Source: Octopus sinensis (Eukaryota). Taken from it: a stretch of 26,869 nucleotides of DNA. The position numbers and the translations under genes were made by a program. The stretch covers positions 1-26,869 of the forward strand of contig NW_021836016.1 in assembly GCF_006345805.1 (NCBI RefSeq). Direction: 5' to 3'. Below are positions 20,629 to 26,869 of the stretch, piece after piece; the first letter of the stretch is position 1; every line of letters begins with the position of its first letter. The notes beneath the pieces were generated by a model, which was not told the origin of the DNA, did not search any database, and worked only from the letters and a program-made list of their open reading frames with translations.

Positions 20629-21744
20629 CAGACATGTATAGGTGTGCATGTATGTACATAGATCTGTGTAAGCATTTGTGTCTAGGTATGTATATATATA
20701 TATGTGTGTGTGTGTGTATGCGTGTATGCGTTTGTGTTTGCATGTATATATGTGCGATTGTAATCCATTTCTGTGTATCAGTAACACCTAAATTACTACA
20801 TGATGGCAGTAACAGTTTTGTTTGATATTACATTTACTCTTGTAATAGTTTACTTGGTTTACTTAGTGTAAGCTCTCAGGTGACTTTTACTACCGCGCTT
20901 CTAGCAACTAAGCGTCCCCTTCTGTACCACCAGTCTGACTAACCACCTTTCTGCTCCCTCAATGGGACATACGTCGGAGACGTCTTTGTGATCTACGGGA
21001 TTTGTTATGGCAATGGATGTCTGTTTAGACACACACGTGGTGTGTGTGTATGTGTATGTGTGTGTGTGTGTATGTGAGTGAATGAATGGCTGAGTGTCTA
21101 TATGTGTTTGTATATTGCTGGTAGCCTCCCTGCTCACTGCGTGTCTATACTGCTATGCAAATTCGATAGCAAGCCAAGTGTTGATGCTAGTGCTTATGGG
21201 TCTAACCATGATCCTAGTGTTTTGGCGACCAATATACAATGAAATAAGTCTTGACCTCAATCTCAAAACAGAAGCACATGCTAACTCATGCTTTGTCCGG
21301 GTTGATACAGCACACACTTGTGCCACACATGGGTCGTGGCTTTCACCACCTCTTATTTTTAGAGAATATGGCACCTTCTCCGTTTTTTAATAAATAGAGT
21401 CGTCTTCCTCATCGCCTTTTCCTGGATAAATTCGACGGGCGAGCGGGTACTGCCTTTTGTAATATACTCTTTCTCTCTTTCTCTTTTACTTGTTTCAGTC
21501 ATTTGACTGCGGCCATGCCGGAGTACCGCCTTTAGTCGAATAAGCCGGGACTTATTCTTTGTAAGCCCAGTACTTATTCTATCGGTCTCTTTTGCCGAAC
21601 CGCTAAGTGACGGGGACATAAACACACCAGCATCGGTTGTCAAGCAATGTTAGGGGGACAAACACAGACACACAACACACACACACACACACACACCACA
21701 CACACACAAATACACACACACACACATACACACGTACGCGCACG

Positions 21745-21782
<38 letters not shown>

Positions 21783-22841
21783 TATACAGACATGTATAGG
21801 TGTGCATGTATGTACATAGATCTGTGTAAGCATTTGTGTCTAGGTATGTATATATATATATGTGTGTGTGTGTATGCGTGTATGCGTTTGTGTTTGCATG
21901 TATATATGTGCGATTGTAATCCATTTCTGTGTATCAGTAACACCTAAAATTACTACATGATGGCAGTAACAGTTTTGTTTGATATTACATTTACTCTTGT
22001 AATAGTTTACTTGGTTTACTTAGTGTAAGCTCTCAGGTGACTTTTACTACCGCGCTTCTAGCAACTAAGCGTCCCCTTCTGTACCACCAGTCTGACTAAC
22101 CACCTTTCTGCTCCCTCAATGGGACATACGTCGGAGACGTCTTTGTGATCTACGGGATTTGTTATGGCAATGGATGTCTGTTTAGACACACACGTGGTGT
22201 GTGTGTATGTGTATGTGTGTGTGTGTATGTGAGTGAATGAATGGCTGAGTGTCTATATGTGTTTGTATATTGCTGGTAGCCTCCCTGCTCACTGCGTGTC
22301 TATACTGCTATGCAAATTCGATAGCAAGCCAAGTGTTGATGCTAGTGCTTATGGGTCTAACCATGATCCTAGTGTTTTGGCGACCAATATACAATGAAAT
22401 AAGTCTTGACCTCAATCTCAAAACAGAAGCACATGCTAACTCATGCTTTGTCCGGGTTGATACAGCACACACTTGTGCCACACATGGGTCGTGGCTTTCA
22501 CCACCTCTTATTTTTAGAGAATATGGCACCTTCTCCGTTTTTTAATAAATAGAGTCGTCTTCCTCATCGCCTTTTCCTGGATAAATTCGACGGGCGAGCG
22601 GGTACTGCCTTTTGTAATATACTCTTTCTCTCTTTCTCTTTTACTTGTTTCAGTCATTTGACTGCGGCCATGCCGGAGTACCGCCTTTAGTCGAATAAGC
22701 CGGGACTTATTCTTTGTAAGCCCAGTACTTATTCTATCGGTCTCTTTTGCCGAACCGCTAAGTGACGGGGACATAAACACACCAGCATCGGTTGTCAAGC
22801 AATGTTAGGGGGACAAACACAGACACACAACACACACACAC
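20516..22841 (+). repeat. Tandem direct duplication of about 1.16 kb (copies about 20516-21675 and 21676-22841)
   Basis: Identical ORF translations occur at an offset of 1155 (21094/22249, 21153/22308, 21359/22514). The offset drifts from 1160 to 1155 through microsatellite and homopolymer length differences. Confidence 0.97.
21465..21690 (-). mobile_element. SINE family A, 3' half (cut by the duplication junction)
   Basis: Identical to 22620-22840 but loses its tRNA head at the (CA)n junction. Confidence 0.9.
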
Positions 22842-23023
22842 ATACATATATATATATACATATATACGACAGGCTTCTTTCAGTTTCCATCTACCAAATC
22901 CACTCACAAGGCTTTGGTCGGCCCGGAGCTATAGCAAAAGACACTTGCCCAAGATGCCACGCAGTGGGATTGAACCCGGAACCATGTGGTTGGTTAGCAA
23001 GCTACTTACCACACAGTCACTCC
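22620..23023 (-). mobile_element. SINE family A, full length
   Basis: Minus strand GGAGTGACTGTGTGGTAAGTAGCTTGC...GGGTTCAATCCC (B box)...CTTGGGCAAGTGTC...tail AAACAAGTAAAAGAGAAAGAG. Confidence 0.9.
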
Positions 23024-23394
23024 ATACCTTGCTCACTCCTTTTACGACAGAAAATGAGCCGTAACTGTTAACCCACAATGAAAGGAAGTTGTTCTCATTG
23101 GGTATTTCTTTGTAAAAGTAAAGGTTATGACGTTATGAACGTATTCGTTTATACAATTTGCTTGATTTATAAATATTCCTTTGAAAATGATTTTGAGTTT
23201 TTTTCTTACATTACTCCAACAATCACTGTAGCGTGCTCATCTCCCTGATAGGCATGCAGGAAATTGGGTATTTTTCGAAAATGTCTAAACAGGTTAAAAG
23301 TTTTAAACCATACTTTTTTATTTACACAAGGTTAATGGTATTGAAGATCAAATGTTCTGAAGTGATTTTGTGCTAAAAAGAAAAGAAAAGAAAA

Positions 23395-23590
23395 CCTTTT
23401 GGGGACAGTATCAGAAAGCATGAAGAGAAATATAAAGGAAATCAGAATAGAGTGCCCAGAAGAACTGTTCCAAAAGGTTTGTCTCCTTGGCACGGCCAGA
23501 ATAATCAGGGAGGTATTAGCTAGTTGAAAAGCACAGATACCATGGGACCGTGGGCTGCAGACAACAATCCTGCTACGCATGCAAGTCCCG
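23395..23590 (+). mobile_element. R4/Dong-clade ORF C-terminus and start of 3' UTR
   Basis: ..GTVSESMKRNIKEIRIECPEELFQKVCLLGTARIIREVLAS* matches the xQKxxLLGTARILRxVL terminus. Confidence 0.75.
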
Positions 23591-23629
23591 CTACCAAACA
23601 AGTCATGCGTTGTTTATTTTGATAGAAGG

Positions 23630-23789
23630 CCACTGTGTTGTGCATATATCGTTGTGATGCATGTGCCAGGCGTACCGTTATCAGAAAGGTAGTTATGATG
23701 TGTATATTGGGCTTTGTATGTTTGTACCTCAGTGTCACTTTGATGCCATACACTGCTCTCTCACTTAACAACAACAACAACAACAAAAA

Positions 23790-23790
<1 letters not shown>
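23630..23790 (+). mobile_element. Family C retroposon 3' end with (AAC)n tail
   Basis: Homologous to 9562-9720. Confidence 0.65.
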
Positions 23791-24029
<239 letters not shown>

Positions 24030-25742
24030 TGTCGCCATCACCACTACCATCACCACCACCACCACTAGCAACAACGACAACAGCAGCAATACAGTCTTCA
24101 GCCACCAGTGCAGCACCACCAGCAGCAACGACAGCAACAGCAGACACAAAACCGACGTCAACATCAGCCGGAAACCACAATCAGCAGTAACAGCACCAGC
24201 AGATGCAGTCCCACCAAGTGTAACACCAAGCAGGGGCCCTCAAGATATTCTCCTTCCGACTAGGATAACTCAGACCTTTAAAGCACTGAGATCGTGAAGG
24301 AAGAATAGCATGCTGTCCCCAGTAAAAGGCGAAGAAAGAAAACGGTAGAACCACTAAAAGAAATAAAAGGGGGAGGCGCAAAGAAGCTGAACTTCCCAAC
24401 AGCACCAACACACAAACACAACCGCCAACAACAACCAACACCAATTCAACAGTACTATAGCCTCATCCACAAACAGCCAAGAACACAAATCCCAACACCA
24501 ACGGATTCCCCAAACATTACAAACCTGACATCCATAAACACAAATAACATCGAACTCATGAACCATTTAAGAGATCACATAGACACCACAATAAAAGGTT
24601 TTGTTTTCCCGAAACACAACACACGATCACCGCATATACAAAATTTTAAAAAATCACAACGCACATACAGCACAATAAAATCAAATTACCCCGAAGCTGT
24701 TGGGCAGTTTCAAAATTTGCTCGTGGAAGTATCCATCCAAGAACAAAGAGTCAATTCCACCAAGAAACAACGATAAGTAGAACTCTCTTCCATTATTACT
24801 TTTTCAGCATAGCCGTACTTACAGTGGGTTGTTTGGACGCCCGTGGCCTCGGGTCGCCTTGGAAAGAAGGTCACCTAAACGACCTGAGCTCACATGGTGT
24901 AGATGTAGTAGCCATTAGCGAAACCAGACTTTCCTACCCGCAGGCCTTCATTAGATATTAATTAGTAGGAGATTGGAACGCTGTCTTAGATGGACGTTTG
25001 CCCTATATGGGGCTATCTGGTAGAGAGGAGGGTGCAAAAGTCTCACAAACCTGCTCAGACATTTTCAATTGTTTGACAGATACCGATTTGATTACTCGAA
25101 TGTGCCAATGTGGACTTAGACAAACCGCATCGAGTATTCTAGATAGAGTTTTCTGTAGACCAACGGATAAGGATAGCATAGGTTGTCCACACTTTCACAT
25201 GGGCGGCTACACAGACCACAAATTTGTGATCTTTATGGTCGACTTAGATAGGCTTCATAGACAGGGCCCCGGTTACTGGAAGCTAAACGCATAATGCCGA
25301 GCTTATGGAAACTGGATTAGAGTACTAGTTAAGTGGGTGTTGACAGGGGCAATCGTCAACAACAACTGGTGGTTTGCTCTTAAAAGAGCAATTAGAGTAG
25401 AATCTATCAGGTTTAGTAAGGCCTTAGTGATAGAAAGAAATAAAATGGAGGGAGACTTGGAAAGTTAGATGAGGTACACAGAAAAGACATCGCAACTGAC
25501 GTTTTTGGCGGCGAGATTGGCCCTTGACCAATACTTCGACGCCAAACACGAAGGTTGTGTTGTCAGAGCTAAGGATCGTACCCTAAGCAGAGCAGGGGAA
25601 CGAAAGCCGCTCGATTGGCCCGAGTGGCGGAGGCAAAATGTGGCAACAGAGCCACCATTCGGTCTTTGACGGACCAAAATGGGCGGTCTCACAGCATCTA
25701 CCAGAGCAAACAAGACTGAACGCTCTGAGACGGAAAACGAAA
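24030..25742 (+). mobile_element. Tx1/L1-clade LINE remnant: probable ORF1 3' part and ORF2 AP-endonuclease region, truncated before RT
   Basis: From 24818: LTVGCLDARGLG..VDVVAISETRL, LVGDWNAVLD, LDRVF, TDHKFV, GPGYWKLNA, followed by a helical region. Upstream is an A/C-rich stop-free frame 24309-24776 (SKRRRKK...), inferred to be ORF1. Confidence 0.8.
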
Positions 25743-25743
25743 A

Positions 25744-25744
25744 T

Positions 25745-25800
<56 letters not shown>
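25744..25800. repeat. (ACT)n microsatellite
   Basis: Read directly from the sequence. Confidence 0.95.
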
Positions 25801-26004
25801 GTCATTTTTTTGATTTATGGTTTTCTTCGATTTTATAATAAGATGATTTTATACCGAAATTTATTCCTTGCATGCAACCGGTCATTGTAAAGACCGTTAG
25901 TTGAAAGGACCAATGAAACAAAACCATTTTAAAATGTGTATTTATTAAACTAATTGTATATGTTTGCTTATAACCTTATTTTTGTTCCATTCTAAGCAAA
26001 ACTT

Positions 26005-26034
26005 TCGACGAACGGGGACGTGAAATTCTGAGTA
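26005..26034 (+). ncRNA. Degenerate hammerhead-like core
   Basis: TCGACGA-ACG-GGGA-CGT-GAAA-TTCTGAG-T-A. The first box differs from CUGACGA at 2 positions, helix II has 3 bp with a GNRA loop, and helix III is near-palindromic. Helix I is not evident. Confidence 0.4.
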
Positions 26035-26110
26035 ACAGCTTTGTGATATTTTTGCTTCTTTTTAATAAAGTATATATATATAAACATATATATATATGTA
26101 TGTATGTATG

Positions 26111-26500
26111 TCAGGTCACTTTCGAGTGCCACTGGTATCATGTAACCCTGTACAACCTGTTGCATGGTCGGGTCGTCGGCGACTAAATCGGCAACCCCAC
26201 CAAGCTTGCTTGGTGAGGAGGGTGTTTATTGGACACCCTGCGGGATGAAAAACAAAACCCGTCAAAGGGCCGAGGAACTCTTAAGAGTCAACGGCCATCC
26301 AATAAATGTCTTAAGGATGTATCATGCGCGGGGACATAGAAATAATCGGACTGAATACCCGATCGCGCAGTTAAACCATTGGGAGTGAAGGACTCCTAGC
26401 CTTTGTTAGGGCATCCTTCTAGGAGAAGGTAACTCAGGTAACTGGGATAACTCCGATATAAAACCTGCGGCTCACTGGTTACCGATGATGTTGACTTGTT
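26111..26500 (+). mobile_element. Possible RTE-type LINE 5' UTR-derived repeat
   Basis: A GC-richer block containing agggcatccttctaggagaaggtaactc...taaaacctgcggc, which resembles RTE 5' UTR motifs from memory. No coding support. Confidence 0.3.
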
Positions 26501-26722
26501 CTTCTTTTCGGATTATGGCTGCTGTTGCTTAGTGAGTGAGATTGACTCAGTGCACAACCTCTCCTCACTTTAAAAAAAATCTTCTTGCACAGGCATTGCA
26601 CGATAACAACATTGATTAAGTTTCGTGCAATGGCTATACTCGATAACGAGGGGGCAGCCACCATGTATGTATAGAAGGATGTAGCTAGCTAGATAGATAG
26701 ATATATACAGTCACATGGCCGA

Positions 26723-26869
26723 ATATTAAATGAGGTATGAGTGAGGAGGCAGAATTTAGCTGTTGGATGGATAGATTATAAGACGGCCTTCGACAATGTC
26801 CCACATAGCTGAAGTCAATGAAAAAAATAAGCGGCATTTTGGTGGAAACAATGAGTGTGAGGAAGCAAA
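26723..26869 (+). mobile_element. R4/Dong-clade reverse transcriptase fragment (runs off the window)
   Basis: ILNEV*VRRQNLAVGWIDYKTAFDNVPHS* corresponds to the RT motif xxWIDYxKAFDSVPHxW, with two premature stops. Confidence 0.8.

Noticed and set aside
21094-22545. Duplicated 98-aa hydrophobic ORF (MSICVCILLVASLL...) suggesting a small membrane protein
   Set aside because: It starts at a non-ATG codon inside a (TG)n tract, has no recognisable domain, and is duplicated only because of the tandem repeat.
26479-26664. Minus-strand ORF with NVVIVQC, resembling RTE endonuclease xIIQxYAP
   Set aside because: The following YAP and other APE motifs are absent, and it lies on the opposite strand from the putative RTE 5' UTR.

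Overview
AT-rich eukaryotic non-coding DNA made almost entirely of microsatellites and decayed transposable elements. The repeat families resemble those of octopus/coleoid cephalopods; this is an inference from recognising the SINE sequences and was not verified. I found no intact protein-coding gene, and nearly all listed ORFs are translations of microsatellites or repeats. Recognisable elements: (1) a full-length but dead Tc1/mariner transposon of the DD41D type (3691-4950); (2) a Penelope-like retroelement fragment (RT thumb plus GIY-YIG); (3) about eight fragments of R4/Dong-clade non-LTR retrotransposons, several beside (AAT)n tracts; (4) a Tx1/L1-clade LINE remnant; (5) two tRNA-derived SINE families (about 11 copies); (6) two MITEs; (7) a near-identical 1.16-kb tandem duplication. 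The most interesting signal is a set of about seven hammerhead-ribozyme-like cores. One lies in a 344-nt unit with an inverted flank that spans the unit junction, like a retrozyme or Penelope pseudo-LTR. Another pair shares helix II but has the 3:8 core pair swapped (C3-G8 versus G3-C8). All folds were done by eye and most copies carry inactivating-looking changes.
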